The notes under the pieces: generated by a model | Told to the model about the DNA's origin: nothing | Databases searched by the model: none | The model's input: only the letters and a program-made list of their open reading frames with translations | Program-made: the position numbers and the translations under genes | Shown: piece after piece, positions 48,389 to 60,100 of the stretch | Position numbering within the stretch: the stretch's first letter is position 1 | How the letters are laid out: each line of letters starts with the position of its first letter | Assembly (NCBI GenBank): GCA_040389905.1 | Contig: JAZJZK010000011.1 | Location: forward strand, 1 to 64,000 | Length of the DNA: 64,000 nt | Direction: 5' to 3' | Source: Gemmatimonadota bacterium | GTDB lineage: Bacteria; Gemmatimonadota; Gemmatimonadetes; Gemmatimonadales; Gemmatimonadaceae

Positions 48389-48630
48389 TAGAGCATCTCC
48401 TTGATCAGTACTGCCCAGCGGGGTCCAAGGCGACGCTTCAGCCGGCGGCGCGCGCGCAGCAGCCACTGGTTCACCGTCCCCTCGGCCGTCTTCACCGGTA
48501 TGCCCCGCACGATCGCGAGCTGCTTCGCGATCACGATCTGCGGCACCTGCTGGAAGTAGTGCCGTGTGATCAGGTCGAGATCCTTGGCGCTCAGCGTGTG
48601 CGCCAGCTCAGCACCGAGCTCCTGCAGCAT
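48388..48630 (-). pseudogene. Sigma-70 region 4-like HTH fragment
   Basis: LSAKD...HYF...IAKQL...GTVNQWLLRARRRL; TAATG coupling to the nuclease gene. Confidence 0.55.
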
Positions 48631-48862
48631 CGTCTCGGCGAACTGGTGCTCCTGGGGTAGATGCGAGGTCAGAGAACAACCGTCGGCACGATTCGAGATG
48701 AACGCCGTTTCAGCTCACGTCATCGCGGGCGGCAACGACCTGGAGATCGTCAAAGGAATCTAGCCCCGAAAACCAATTCACTTTGCGTTTTGATCCCTCC
48801 TCCTACGACCTACATCGGAGGGGTCGCGATCCCCTCAACGTCACTGTCGAAGGGAGCACGCT

Positions 48863-49408
48863 ATGGAAAACAATGATCAGGATCGTCGCGCAGAACTTCT
48901 CGCGCATCCGTTCTACTGCAACGACATCCGGGCCGCGCGGGGTCGCCCGAAGCGCTCCATGATCCAGATCGATGACGGCGGCTGCTTTGTGTGGCAAGGC
49001 TGCTTGACGTCAAAGAAGTACCCTTGTCGTGGCCCGCTTGTGCACCGGCTCGCGTGGGCAGCGTTCTTTGGCCCGATTCCTCACGAGTACGAAATTCACC
49101 ACATCTGCAGGAACAAGCAGTGTATCAACATTGATCACCTACAGTGTCTGAGTATCCGGGAGCATCGGTTGCTCGGGCACCGACCGCTGAAGCTTGACGC
49201 GGAGAAGGTTTTGGCGATCCTTTCGCTGATCGTGGAAGGCGTTCCACGTCGGGAGATTGCAGCGCGCTTCGGAATAGCCCGGCATTATGTCACCGACCTG
49301 AAAAACGGCCGAGCGTGGAAGTCGTTGGTTCAAGGCTTCTGGAAGCGTCAAGAATCGCAGGACGTCTCCGACATACCGAGCGCGCAAGACATGCGACGCG
49401 CCGCATAG
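48863..49408 (+). CDS. HNH endonuclease (HNH_3-like) with a C-terminal HTH
   Basis: CFVWQG, VHRLAW, HHICRNKQCINIDHL; REIAARFGI. Confidence 0.88.
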   Translation: MENNDQDRRAELLAHPFYCNDIRAARGRPKRSMIQIDDGGCFVWQGCLTSKKYPCRGPLVHRLAWAAFFGPIPHEYEIHHICRNKQCINIDHLQCLSIREHRLLGHRPLKLDAEKVLAILSLIVEGVPRREIAARFGIARHYVTDLKNGRAWKSLVQGFWKRQESQDVSDIPSAQDMRRAA

Positions 49409-49822
49409 CGCCGATTCATTGGTGCGCCTCTCCCCCTGAAGCATCGCTGCTTTTGGATGGCATTTCGGAGTAGGCACGACTAGGATGATGAATCTAACAC
49501 ATTGCCACATAGGGCGTTACGCCGTGTGGTAGTCTGGAAGGGGATGTGCTTCACATCGTGAATTGTCCTATCCCATTAGGCCGCTGGCCCACCCCTCCGG
49601 CAGCGAGGGGCGCCACCGCGCACGAGCGCACTTGGATGCTCACTGCAGGTTCTGACACCTGTGCCACGCGGCCTCGAATTCCTTCCTTGACTGGGATGGG
49701 AGATCGGCGCTATGCACGTCCATCTCCCGAACGAGCGTAAAGCTGGCGCAGGCGTCGTTACTGATCGTATGATGCGGGGGACAGGCAATCCCTCGTAACA
49801 TCCCTCGCCCGACGCCCCCAGC

Positions 49823-52800
49823 GTGTCATCAGACGCCATCCCCGCTCCGGGGCAGATCGTTCGTGTCCGTACTCGGCGCCACCTAGTCGAGGCCGTCACC
49901 CCGCCTGGACCAGGCGGTCGAGACACTCTGGTCGCCCTTAGTTGCATCGACGACGACGCCTCGGGTGAGTCGCTTCGCGTGCTGTGGGAGAAGGAAGTCG
50001 ACGCTGAGGTCCTCAGGGACGAGGGCTGGACCCGCATCGGCGATCGCGGATTCGATGCCCCAGGCCTGTTCAGCGCGTACCTGAACACGCTCCGCTGGAA
50101 CACCGTCACAGCAACCGATCCCACGCTCTTCCAGGCACCGTTCCGCGCTGGCATTGAGGTGATGGCGTACCAGCTCGAGCCGCTACGAAAAGCTCTTCTT
50201 TTGCCGCGCGTCAATCTGTTCATCGCCGACGACGTCGGGCTTGGCAAGACAATCGAAGCAGGGCTCATTGTGCGCGAGTTGATGCTGCGCCAGCGCGTGC
50301 AGCGCATCGTCGTCGCAGCACCTCCAGCAGTCGTACAGCAGTGGCGCGAAGAACTCGAAGAGCGATTCGGGCTCACTTTTGTCATCTACGATCGTGAGTA
50401 CGTTCGCCAGAAGCGAGTCGAGCGCGGACACGGCGTGAACCCGTGGACGACCCACAGCCGTTTCATCATCTCACATGCCCTCCTGCGCGATCCCGCGTAT
50501 GCGATCGGCCTTCAGGACTGGCTTGGGACCTCGGCACCGGGCTCTCTGCTCATCCTCGACGAAGCACATCACGCGGCGCCGGCGAGCGGGGCGCGATATG
50601 CGATCGATTCGCGGTTCACCAAGACGATTCGCGAACTCGCGAACCGATTCGAACACCGCTTGTTCCTTTCTGCCACACCGCACAACGGACACTCGAACAG
50701 TTTCGCATCGCTCCTCGAGCTCCTCGATCCACAGCGGTTCACACGCGGTGTCGAGGTCAAGAGCGCGAAGGAGCTCGACGCCGTCATGGTGCGGCGGCTG
50801 AAAGAGGACCTCCGTCGCATGCAGGGCGGGTTCGCGGTCCGAAAGGTTCCTGCGATCCGGATCAGCGGCCTTCCGCTGGATGCGCCCGAGCTCACGCTCG
50901 CGACCCTGATGAGCGAGCTCCGCGACGTCCGTACGCAGCGTTTGGCTGCCTCGCAGCACGCAGCAAGGTCGGCGGGCCGTCTCACAATTATCGGGCTTCA
51001 AAAGCGACTGTGGTCAAGTATTGACGCCTTCGCGCGAACCCTGGCGGTCCATGAGCGCACACTTGAGCGCTTGCGCGCACAGGAAACGCGGGAGTCCATC
51101 GTTGCCGAGCAGACGCTCGACTTGCTGCGGCAGGCTCCGGGGGTCGACGACGAAGATGCTGAGGCGTCAGAAGACGCGAACGACGCACTTCACGATGCAG
51201 CGATGGAGCGAGCGACTGCGGCAGCTGCGGGCGGGTCGACCGAGTTTTTCGAGCGTGAGCTCGCGATCGTCAAACAGATGCGAACGATCGCGGAGGAGCA
51301 TCGACACTCCGCCGACGCCCGTGTGGAGCGCCTGGTCGATTGGATTCGCGAGAATCTCTGTCCGGGTTTGAGAACGGATGGCGCGCCCTCCGAATCTGCA
51401 GCATGGCTCCCTCGTCGCGTCATCATCTTCACCGAATACGCAGACACCAAGCGGTACCTCGAGGAGCAGCTCCGTTCCGCGATTTCGGGAAGTGACCGAG
51501 AAGACGAAAGAATCGCTGTTTATCATGGCGGAATGGGCGAAGAAGCGCGCGAAGAGGTGAAACGAGCGTTCAATGAGGATCCGACGCAGCATCCGCTTCG
51601 CATCCTCATTGCGACCGATGCCGCGCGCGAGGGATTGAACCTGCAGCAGCACTGCGCCGATCTCTTCCACTTCGATCTTCCGTGGAACCCAGCCCGGCTC
51701 GAGCAACGCAACGGCCGTATCGATCGCAAAGGCCAGCGCGCGCCAGAGGTCCGCTGCCACTACTTCGTCCTGGAGCAGAGGCCGGAGGACCGCGTGCTTG
51801 ACACCTTGGTTCGCAAGACGGAGACGATTCGTCAGCAGCTCGGTAGTCTCGCGCCAGTTCTGCAACGCGACGTTGAAGCGCTGCTCGCTGATGGAATTGC
51901 GCGCGATGATGCCGATGCGCTCCGTGCTAGGATTGAATCCGCCGAGCTTGATGCGAAGAAAAAGGCGACCGTCGTGGAACAGCTCGAGGCTGCCCGCGAG
52001 CGTGGCCAAGACCTCGAACGGCAGCTCGACCGCCTGCAATCACTAATGGGCAAAGCGAAGGAGTGGCTCAACTTCGATGCCGACCGATTCCGACACGTGC
52101 TCGACAAAGCGCTCTCCTTGTCAAGCGCGCCGCCGCTGGCACCCGTCGAACACATGGGGCGAGATGCTTGGCGCGTTTCAATCCCGAGCAATGATGCGGC
52201 ATGGACTGACACAGCGGACACGCTGCGAAAGCCGAAGGATCGCCGCACCACTCGCGAGGAGTGGCGCAGAACGAGCGCCATCCGACCTGTCGTTTTCGAG
52301 GACAACGGTCATCTCGACGGCGAAGCCGTACATCTCCATCTCGAGCACCGGCTAGCGCAACGTCTTCTCGGCCGCTTTACTGCCCAGGGGCTCGTTCACT
52401 ACGACCTTGCCCGCGCCTGTGTCGGTCACACGCGCGACAGCCAGCCAAGGGTCATTCTCTTGGGGCGCCTTGGCCTGCTCGGACCACGTGCCGGTCGACT
52501 GCACGACGAGATCATTGCCGTTGCAGCGCGTTGGCGCCCAGCCGCCGCGCGCACGAATCCACTCGAGCCATACGCTGAAGGAGGAAAGGCGGAAGCGCAG
52601 ACACTCGCTCTGCTCGACGCCGCGCTACCGGAGGCGGATGCTAACCGAGTTGGGCCGGAGATCGAGCGTCGACTGACTGACACAATCGCTCGCGACGTGG
52701 AGGAACTGCGTCCGCACCTTCAGCAGCGAGCGGAAGTCGCGATGACTGCGGCAGAGGCGCTGCTGAGGGAGCGAGCCGAGAAGGAAGCACTCGATCTCGC

Positions 52801-53047
52801 GACGCTGATTCGCGAACGCACCAATCGCATTCGCGCCGCGCAGAAGCAGGCTCCCCAGTTGGAGCTCGAGTTCGCGGCCGAGGAGTTGAAGCAGTTGCGC
52901 GCCGAGCAGAAGCACTGGGAACAGCGCCTTCACAGCCTAGAGCGAGAGCTGCGAGAGGAGCCGGAACGGCTGCGTAAGTCGTACGAGGTGCAGAGCGCAC
53001 GCGTCGAGCCCGTGGGTCTCGTATATCTCTGGCCAGTGAGTGGCTGA
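49823..53047 (+). CDS. drmD: DISARM SNF2-like helicase DrmD
   Basis: IADDVGLGKT, DEAHH, LSATPHNG, TDAAREGLNLQ, EQRNGRIDR; operon context. Confidence 0.93.
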   Translation: MSSDAIPAPGQIVRVRTRRHLVEAVTPPGPGGRDTLVALSCIDDDASGESLRVLWEKEVDAEVLRDEGWTRIGDRGFDAPGLFSAYLNTLRWNTVTATDPTLFQAPFRAGIEVMAYQLEPLRKALLLPRVNLFIADDVGLGKTIEAGLIVRELMLRQRVQRIVVAAPPAVVQQWREELEERFGLTFVIYDREYVRQKRVERGHGVNPWTTHSRFIISHALLRDPAYAIGLQDWLGTSAPGSLLILDEAHHAAPASGARYAIDSRFTKTIRELANRFEHRLFLSATPHNGHSNSFASLLELLDPQRFTRGVEVKSAKELDAVMVRRLKEDLRRMQGGFAVRKVPAIRISGLPLDAPELTLATLMSELRDVRTQRLAASQHAARSAGRLTIIGLQKRLWSSIDAFARTLAVHERTLERLRAQETRESIVAEQTLDLLRQAPGVDDEDAEASEDANDALHDAAMERATAAAAGGSTEFFERELAIVKQMRTIAEEHRHSADARVERLVDWIRENLCPGLRTDGAPSESAAWLPRRVIIFTEYADTKRYLEEQLRSAISGSDREDERIAVYHGGMGEEAREEVKRAFNEDPTQHPLRILIATDAAREGLNLQQHCADLFHFDLPWNPARLEQRNGRIDRKGQRAPEVRCHYFVLEQRPEDRVLDTLVRKTETIRQQLGSLAPVLQRDVEALLADGIARDDADALRARIESAELDAKKKATVVEQLEAARERGQDLERQLDRLQSLMGKAKEWLNFDADRFRHVLDKALSLSSAPPLAPVEHMGRDAWRVSIPSNDAAWTDTADTLRKPKDRRTTREEWRRTSAIRPVVFEDNGHLDGEAVHLHLEHRLAQRLLGRFTAQGLVHYDLARACVGHTRDSQPRVILLGRLGLLGPRAGRLHDEIIAVAARWRPAAARTNPLEPYAEGGKAEAQTLALLDAALPEADANRVGPEIERRLTDTIARDVEELRPHLQQRAEVAMTAAEALLRERAEKEALDLATLIRERTNRIRAAQKQAPQLELEFAAEELKQLRAEQKHWEQRLHSLERELREEPERLRKSYEVQSARVEPVGLVYLWPVSG

Positions 53048-53050
53048 CGA

Positions 53051-56000
53051 ATGACCGATCCCGGAATCCGCGCGCACCAGGAGTGGCTCGGTCTCATTCA
53101 ACCTGTCGGTCTCGTCGTTGTGCCGTCGGCGCTCGTCGCTGCCCAAGTGGAGCTGGACCGCTCGCAGAGCAGCAAGTGGCTTGACTACGACGCGCTGCTC
53201 GTGCTCCGCGACAATGAACAGGTCCTGCCGGAATGGCCAACGTTCGCCCGCGCGTTTCTCGAGTGGACGCCTTCACAGCTGGCAGGTGCCGAGGGAGGCC
53301 CAACACTCCCGGCCGAATTGAGCGTTGTGCTCCCCGAGCTCGATGCGACGATTCAACCGACCTATGCGGTGCCTGATCCACATCGCGACGGTGAATGGTT
53401 GCTGCTGGTGTCCGTGCAGGCCGATGACGTCGCACTCGATCGTTCAGCTTCGGCGCATGGCACCGGATGGAACGCGAGCCCACACGACCGTTTCGAGCGT
53501 CTCCTTCGTGAAACGGGAGTGCCGGCGGGTTTGCTCGTCAGCGGGGACGTGATCCGCTTCATCTACGCGCCGCGTGGTGAGTCTTCAGGTTGGCTGAACT
53601 TTCCGGTTGAAAGCATGGCGACGCCGAGCGGGCGTCCCATGCTTTCGGCGTTGTATGAGTTGTTGAAGGGATGGCGGCTCAGTCGCGCGTGTCCAGAGGC
53701 ACGGGGACTACGGCGCCTGCTCGAAGAGTCACGAAAATATCAGAATGAGGTCTCGACACGTCTTTCCGAGCAGGTGCTCGCGTCCCTGTACGAAATGGCC
53801 CGTGGGTTTCAGGCCGCCGATGACGCTGCTCCGGGTACTGTCCTGCATGACACGTTGCGCCAAGCGCCCAGTGAGGTGTACGGCGGCCTGCTCACGACCA
53901 TCATGCGTCTCGTGTTCGTGCTCTACGCCGAGGAGCGCGGAATGCTCCCGCAGGATGCAGTGTGGGTCGAGCACTACGGAGTCGGCTCGCTGCTCGAGCG
54001 TCTGCGCGGAGACAGGTCGCGGTATCCGGACACCATGGATCAGCGGTACGGCGCGTGGCCTCGGCTACTGTCGTTGTTCCGCATTCTGCATGACGGCGCG
54101 AACCATGACTCGATGGTGATCCCATCACGCGCCGGCGAGCTGTTCGATCCCGATCGGTATCCATTCCTCGAAGGGCGTCCGTTCGGTACGCACCGTGTGA
54201 TGGGCGAGCGGTTGACAAACCTCCCGCGTGTTTCCGACGGTACGATGCTCCGTGTGCTGGAACGTCTGCTGATGCTTGACGAGGAGCGCCTATCCTACCG
54301 CGCGCTTGACGTAGAGCAGATTGGTTCCGTCTACGAAGCCATGATGGGTTTCGAAGCGTTGGCTGCGCGAGGAGCATCCATCGCCGTGAGGCCGAAGACG
54401 AAGAAGGCGGGAAGCCCGAGTCATTCGATAGTCGATCTCGACCGGCTGCTCGCGCAGCCTGCCGCCGACCGCATCAAGTGGCTCAAGGAGGACGCAGATT
54501 GTGAGCTGCCACCCGCCGATGCAGCGGCCCTGAACGCGGCAACGAGCATCGATGCTTTGCTCGCGGCACTCGGCAAACGCATCTCCCCATTCACGCCGCA
54601 GCCGATTCGGCAGGGTGGTTTGGTTTTATCGCCAACGGAGGAACGGCGTCGTTCCGGCTCACACTACACGCCACGCGAACTTACCGAGCCGATTGTCGCG
54701 ACAACGCTGCGGCCAGTGTTGGAAGCGTTCGGTGAGACGCCCACGCCCGAGCAGCTACTCGAATTGCGCATCTGCGATCCTGCGATGGGATCAGGAGCAT
54801 TTTTGGTTGGCGCCTGTCGCTATCTCGGCGACAAGCTCGTGGAGTCATGGCAGCGTACGAATACAATGCCGGCCATCCCGCCGGACGAGGATCCACAGCT
54901 CTATGCGCGACGGATTGTTGCGCAACGCTGCCTCTACGGTGTGGATCGCAATCCATTTGCAGTGCAGCTTGCGAAACTGTCGCTCTGGCTTGTGACGCTG
55001 GCGCGAGAGCACCCATTCACCTTCTTGGATCATGCACTGCGGGGAGGCGACTCGCTGGTTGGGCTGAGTGCGAAACAGATCGCTGCATTTCATTGGAGTA
55101 CGAAAGCACAGATCAGTCTATGGGGACCGACGGTCGCGACGCTCGTAGGCGCCGCCGTGAAACGGCGTTCGCAGATCGAATCGCTGGCAGGAACAGACGA
55201 CACGGCGCTGAAGCTGCGCCTGTTAGGTGAATCAGACGACGCACTTCAGTTCGTCCGGCTGGTCGGCGACGCTGTTATTGCAGCATACTTTTCGGAGGAA
55301 AAAGAGAAGAAACGGGAGCAGTTGCGGCAACAGTACGAGCAGAGCGCGCAGGATTCCGTTGGAAAGGAACTGAATGGGGGGTCGTTGGAGGCGATCTCGG
55401 AGCGGTTACGCAATGCCGATCAACCCATCACGCCGTTTCATTGGGATGTGGAATTCGCCGAAGTGTTCGGGCGCCCCAATCCCGGATTCGATGCGATCGT
55501 GGGAAACCCGCCATTCCTCGGCGGGAAGCGAATCAGCACAGCGAATGGAGGGCCATACAGGGACTGGCTGTCCACCATTCATGAAGGTGCCAGCGGCAAC
55601 ACGGACTTGGTTGCGCACTTCTTCCGGCGGGCATTTTCGTTGCTCAATCGTGGCGGCACTTTCGGGCTGATCGCAACGAACACGATCGCTCAGGGTGACA
55701 CGCGCGTCGGTGGACTGGCATGGTTGTGCGAACATGGGTGTACGGTCTACGAAGCACGCAAGCGGCTCGCATGGCCGGGACATGCTGCCGTAGTTGTGAG
55801 TGTTGTTTACGGTTCGAAGAGCGCGCTGCGGGGCCCGTTCCGGCTTAACGGGAAATTGGTCGATCGAATCTCCGCCTTCTTGTTTCACGCCGGTGGAAAT
55901 GTCAGCCCCCAACGTTTGGTCGAGAACGCAGGAAAGAGCTTCAACGGCTCGTTCTTCAATGGTGTGGGATTCACCTTCGACGACGCCAATCCGGATGCGA

Positions 56001-56920
56001 CGCCGATTTCCGATATCGAGCGACTGTGTGCGCTGAATCCAAGAAACAGGGAAGTGATCGTGCCGTTCATCGGTGGAGAGGAACTGAATGAGAGTCCGCG
56101 ACAGATGTATCACCGCTACGTCATCAACTTCGCGGATATGGAGGAAAGCGAAGCGCGAATGTGGCCAGAATTATTGGCCATCGTCGAAGCGAAAGTTCGA
56201 CCGCATCGGATGGAGGTAAAGCGCGAGTCTCATCGACAAAGATGGTGGCAGTTCGGCGAGAAGCGCCTGGAGTTGTACTCCGCTCTCCGGAGGATGGAGA
56301 GAGTTCTTGTGAACTCGCAGGTCAGCACCCACTTCGCGTTTGCGTTTCAGCCAACGGATCGAATCTTCTCACACGCGCTCAACGTTCTCTTGTTCGATAA
56401 GAGCGCCGGTTTTGCCGTTCTCCAATCGCGCGCCCACGAGATATGGGCTCGTTTTCTCGGCTCTTCCATGAAGGACGACCTTCGCTACACACCATCAGAA
56501 TGTTTCGAAACATTTCCGTTCCCGGTCGATTGGGAGTTCTCGAAGGAACTTGACCGCGCGGGTATCGAATACTACGACTATCGCGCCCGATTCATGTCCA
56601 CGAATCATCAGGGCCTGACCGCTACATACAACCGTTTCCATGACCGCGACGAACAGGACCCAGGCATTCGCCGTCTCAGGGAAGTCCACGACGAAATGGA
56701 TCGGGCTGTCCTCACGGCTTATGGTTGGACCGACCTACAACCTACCTGCGAGTTTCTGCTTGACTACGACGACGACGAAGAAGACACGAATAGTCGGCGT
56801 CGCAAGCCGTGGCGCTACCGTTGGCCCGACGAAATTCGTGACGAAGTCCTCGCACGTCTCATGGAGCTGAATCGCCAGCGCTCGACACAGCCTCCTGCAC
56901 GGCAGCAATCGCTGTTTTGA
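53051..56920 (+). CDS. drmMI: DISARM N6-adenine DNA methyltransferase DrmMI
   Basis: GSHYTP, DPAMGSGAF, GNPPF; C-terminal TRD-like region. Confidence 0.9.
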   Translation: MTDPGIRAHQEWLGLIQPVGLVVVPSALVAAQVELDRSQSSKWLDYDALLVLRDNEQVLPEWPTFARAFLEWTPSQLAGAEGGPTLPAELSVVLPELDATIQPTYAVPDPHRDGEWLLLVSVQADDVALDRSASAHGTGWNASPHDRFERLLRETGVPAGLLVSGDVIRFIYAPRGESSGWLNFPVESMATPSGRPMLSALYELLKGWRLSRACPEARGLRRLLEESRKYQNEVSTRLSEQVLASLYEMARGFQAADDAAPGTVLHDTLRQAPSEVYGGLLTTIMRLVFVLYAEERGMLPQDAVWVEHYGVGSLLERLRGDRSRYPDTMDQRYGAWPRLLSLFRILHDGANHDSMVIPSRAGELFDPDRYPFLEGRPFGTHRVMGERLTNLPRVSDGTMLRVLERLLMLDEERLSYRALDVEQIGSVYEAMMGFEALAARGASIAVRPKTKKAGSPSHSIVDLDRLLAQPAADRIKWLKEDADCELPPADAAALNAATSIDALLAALGKRISPFTPQPIRQGGLVLSPTEERRRSGSHYTPRELTEPIVATTLRPVLEAFGETPTPEQLLELRICDPAMGSGAFLVGACRYLGDKLVESWQRTNTMPAIPPDEDPQLYARRIVAQRCLYGVDRNPFAVQLAKLSLWLVTLAREHPFTFLDHALRGGDSLVGLSAKQIAAFHWSTKAQISLWGPTVATLVGAAVKRRSQIESLAGTDDTALKLRLLGESDDALQFVRLVGDAVIAAYFSEEKEKKREQLRQQYEQSAQDSVGKELNGGSLEAISERLRNADQPITPFHWDVEFAEVFGRPNPGFDAIVGNPPFLGGKRISTANGGPYRDWLSTIHEGASGNTDLVAHFFRRAFSLLNRGGTFGLIATNTIAQGDTRVGGLAWLCEHGCTVYEARKRLAWPGHAAVVVSVVYGSKSALRGPFRLNGKLVDRISAFLFHAGGNVSPQRLVENAGKSFNGSFFNGVGFTFDDANPDATPISDIERLCALNPRNREVIVPFIGGEELNESPRQMYHRYVINFADMEESEARMWPELLAIVEAKVRPHRMEVKRESHRQRWWQFGEKRLELYSALRRMERVLVNSQVSTHFAFAFQPTDRIFSHALNVLLFDKSAGFAVLQSRAHEIWARFLGSSMKDDLRYTPSECFETFPFPVDWEFSKELDRAGIEYYDYRARFMSTNHQGLTATYNRFHDRDEQDPGIRRLREVHDEMDRAVLTAYGWTDLQPTCEFLLDYDDDEEDTNSRRRKPWRYRWPDEIRDEVLARLMELNRQRSTQPPARQQSLF

Positions 56921-57110
56921 ACAACCGCATGCTCCGGACTGACCGCATCCTCTGACTCCTTATTACTAACTTTCGCTCGTGCGTCAAGTCAGCCGACGGA
57001 ACGGCAAGACTTCCAAGTCCGACAGCAATCCAGGACAACATGAACATCAACCCTAGTCTTCGAAGTCTGATGACCGATTGCTTGAGCCTCGCCGGCGCAA
57101 TCACGAGACC

Positions 57111-60100
57111 ATGACGCAGACTTCTGTCGAAGTACGTGACGATGTGGTACGTGCTCTCAGGCTCGATCTCGTGGGCCCGATGGCGAATCTCGAGTCGGAT
57201 GCCAAGTACGCGAGTGAACGCCTGCCGATGAGTCCCTCGCGTTGGTATCTCACAGGATTCCTTGTGCCGTCGAACGCACCCGACGAGCAACGCTCCGACG
57301 AAGCGAGTCAGGAAGAGATGGATCTCGCTGGCGATTCGGATATCGACGGGGATGAGGACGTCGCGCCCGAGAAGGGCGCCGCGAAACGCCTGATCTTCCC
57401 AGCGTCGATCGGATTGAGCGTACTGATTCCGGAGGGCACCGATGGACTCGATGCCGTCATTACATGGGGAGACTACGTCCCTGAGCCCAAGGCGTCTGCC
57501 GCGACTGAGGGTGGAGAAGTCGACGCCGCAGTAGGTGCCGTACCCATACCACGAGACCAAGTCTGGGTTCGCACGCCGCGCTCCCAGTCCGTTCGTGTTC
57601 CAATCAGCGCGCCGGGATCAAAGTCGAAAGCAGTTGATGTGCCCGGCTCCGGTGGAATCAAGCTCTATTCGAGTGCACGCAACACAGGCGGTGGCGCAAC
57701 CGGCCTGAAGAAGGGCACACAGTCAGTTGCCGTCTTCCTGGTAAACGAGCGCACACCAGAGCCGACCGACGAAAAGGACCGAGCGTTCATCTTTCAGGCA
57801 AAGCTCGAGCTCACATGCAACGACGGCTTCGTGCCGCGTCCTGATCCGCGTCGTGGATCCGAGGATGACTGGGACGACAAGGTCGCCGATGTGCAGTACG
57901 CCGATGTCTTCGAGTATGCGACCGGCCACGGTGTGTCCGCTGACTGGTCTGTAGGAGCCAAGACATGTACGCGCGCATGGACCACGTGGACGCCCTGCGC
58001 AAACGTGCCGTTTGTCGAGCCGGCAGACATGCCCGAAGCGATGCTTGAAATGCAGCGGCTGGCGACCGTTAGTGGTGACGAGCTGACTGCCGGACTCACG
58101 CCGTTGGTGCAGGGATACAGCAAGTGGATCGAACTGCAGCGGTCACACCTGCCAGAAGACGAGAAGCGCAAGGCAACCGCGACTAACCTGCTGTCTCGTG
58201 CGACGACGGCGCGTGATCGGATGCAGCGCGGCATTTCACTCCTCGACGACGACACCATTCGTCGTGCTTTTCAACTCGCGAATCTCGCGATGGACGAGGC
58301 ATCGCGCCGTCGAGTTGCGCAACGCTCGGGCCAGGCTCCTGGCGACGTTAAAGCGCCTGCATGGAGACCCTTCCAGCTCGCGTTCGTTCTGCTCAACATG
58401 GCTGGCATCGCGAATCCCGCCGACACTGATCGAGAGATTGTCGATCTACTGTTTTTTCCCACAGGTGGCGGCAAAACCGAGGCGTACCTGGGGCTCGCCG
58501 CGTTCACCCTGATCCTGCGACGTCTTCGCCAACCGACCGTTGCATCGGCGGGCGTGACGGTGCTCATGCGGTACACATTGCGTCTGCTCACGCTCGATCA
58601 GCTAGGGCGAGCGGCATCGCTGATCTGTGCGCTCGAACGGATACGCTGGACGAACACGGATTCTCTCGGGCCGTGGCCATTCGAGATCGGGCTGTGGGTT
58701 GGCCGCGCGGCCACGCCAAACAGGATGGGAAAGACTGGCGATCAGGATGAGAGCACGGCGCGGAAGCGTGTACAGGCGTACCAACAGAACAGCAGGCGCA
58801 AGCCTGCGCCGATTCCGATTGAGTCGTGTCCGTGGTGCGGCACAGCGTTTACGAGAGACTCGTACGATCTGCGGCCGAATGCGAACCACCCCATCGACCT
58901 GCGAATCCTCTGCGTGAACACGTCGTGCGAGTTCTCCGGAGAACGCGCGCTCCCGATCGTCGCAGTGGACGAACCGCTGTATCGCCGTTTGCCCTGCTTC
59001 GTGATCGCGACAGTGGACAAGTTCGCGTCACTGCCATTCGAGGCACGCGCAGGTGCGTTGTTCGGACTGGTAGATCGTCACGATCAGAATGGTTTCTATG
59101 GGGCGGCCGATCCGGGCGTCGGCAATCCCATTCCTGGCGGTCGTCTTCAGCCGCCGGAGCTGATCATTCAGGACGAGTTGCATCTCATCTCGGGCCCTCT
59201 GGGGACCATCGCGGGACTGTACGAGGCAGCGATCGACCGGCTGGCAACTCGCGAGCAGAATGGCGCTATGATCAGGCCGAAGATCGTCGCATCGACAGCG
59301 ACCGTACGCCGGGCAGAAAAGCAGGTGCGGGCGCTGTTTGCTCGCCGTGGAGTGGAGCTTTTCCCGCCGGCGAGCGCCAATCGCGATGACTCGTTCTTCG
59401 CACTGACCGCCCCGACTGATCGACACGCGCCGCGCCAGTACATCGGACTCGCCGCGCCAGGTCGAAGCCTGAAGGTCGTGATGCTTCGTGCGTACATCGC
59501 GCTCTTGGGCGCATCATATCGCGCATACAAAGCCAACGGCGCCGATCGATTCGGATCGAATCCAGCAGATCCATATCTCACGCTGCTGGGCTATTTCAGC
59601 GCGCTTCGAGAGTTGGGCGGTGCCAGGCGCATCATCGAGGATGAAGTCAACAGCCGGCTCCGCATATACGGCGATCGCAAACGTGTTGGCGAGCAGCAGG
59701 GGCTCTTCGAGGATCGCGACATTGAGTATGAAGTGCTCGAGTTGACGTCTCGAAAATCAACCAGTGACGTCGCTCGGGCGAAGCAGCGTCTCGAACATGA
59801 ATGGCGCCTCGATAACAAGGGAGAGCGCGTTGACGTGGCAATCGCAACAAACATGATCTCCGTCGGCCTCGACATTTCGAGACTCGGCTTGATGGTCGTC
59901 GCCGGTCAGCCACGAGGGAGCGCGGAATACATTCAGTCCACTAGCCGGGTCGGTCGCCTTCCGACCAGACCCGGATTGGTGGTGACGCTACTGACGACGA
60001 ACAAGCCTCGAGATCGCTCACATTACGAGCGCTTCGGATTCTACCACCGCACGTTTTATCGATCGGTAGAAGCAACTAGTGTGACGCCGTTTGCGCCGCG

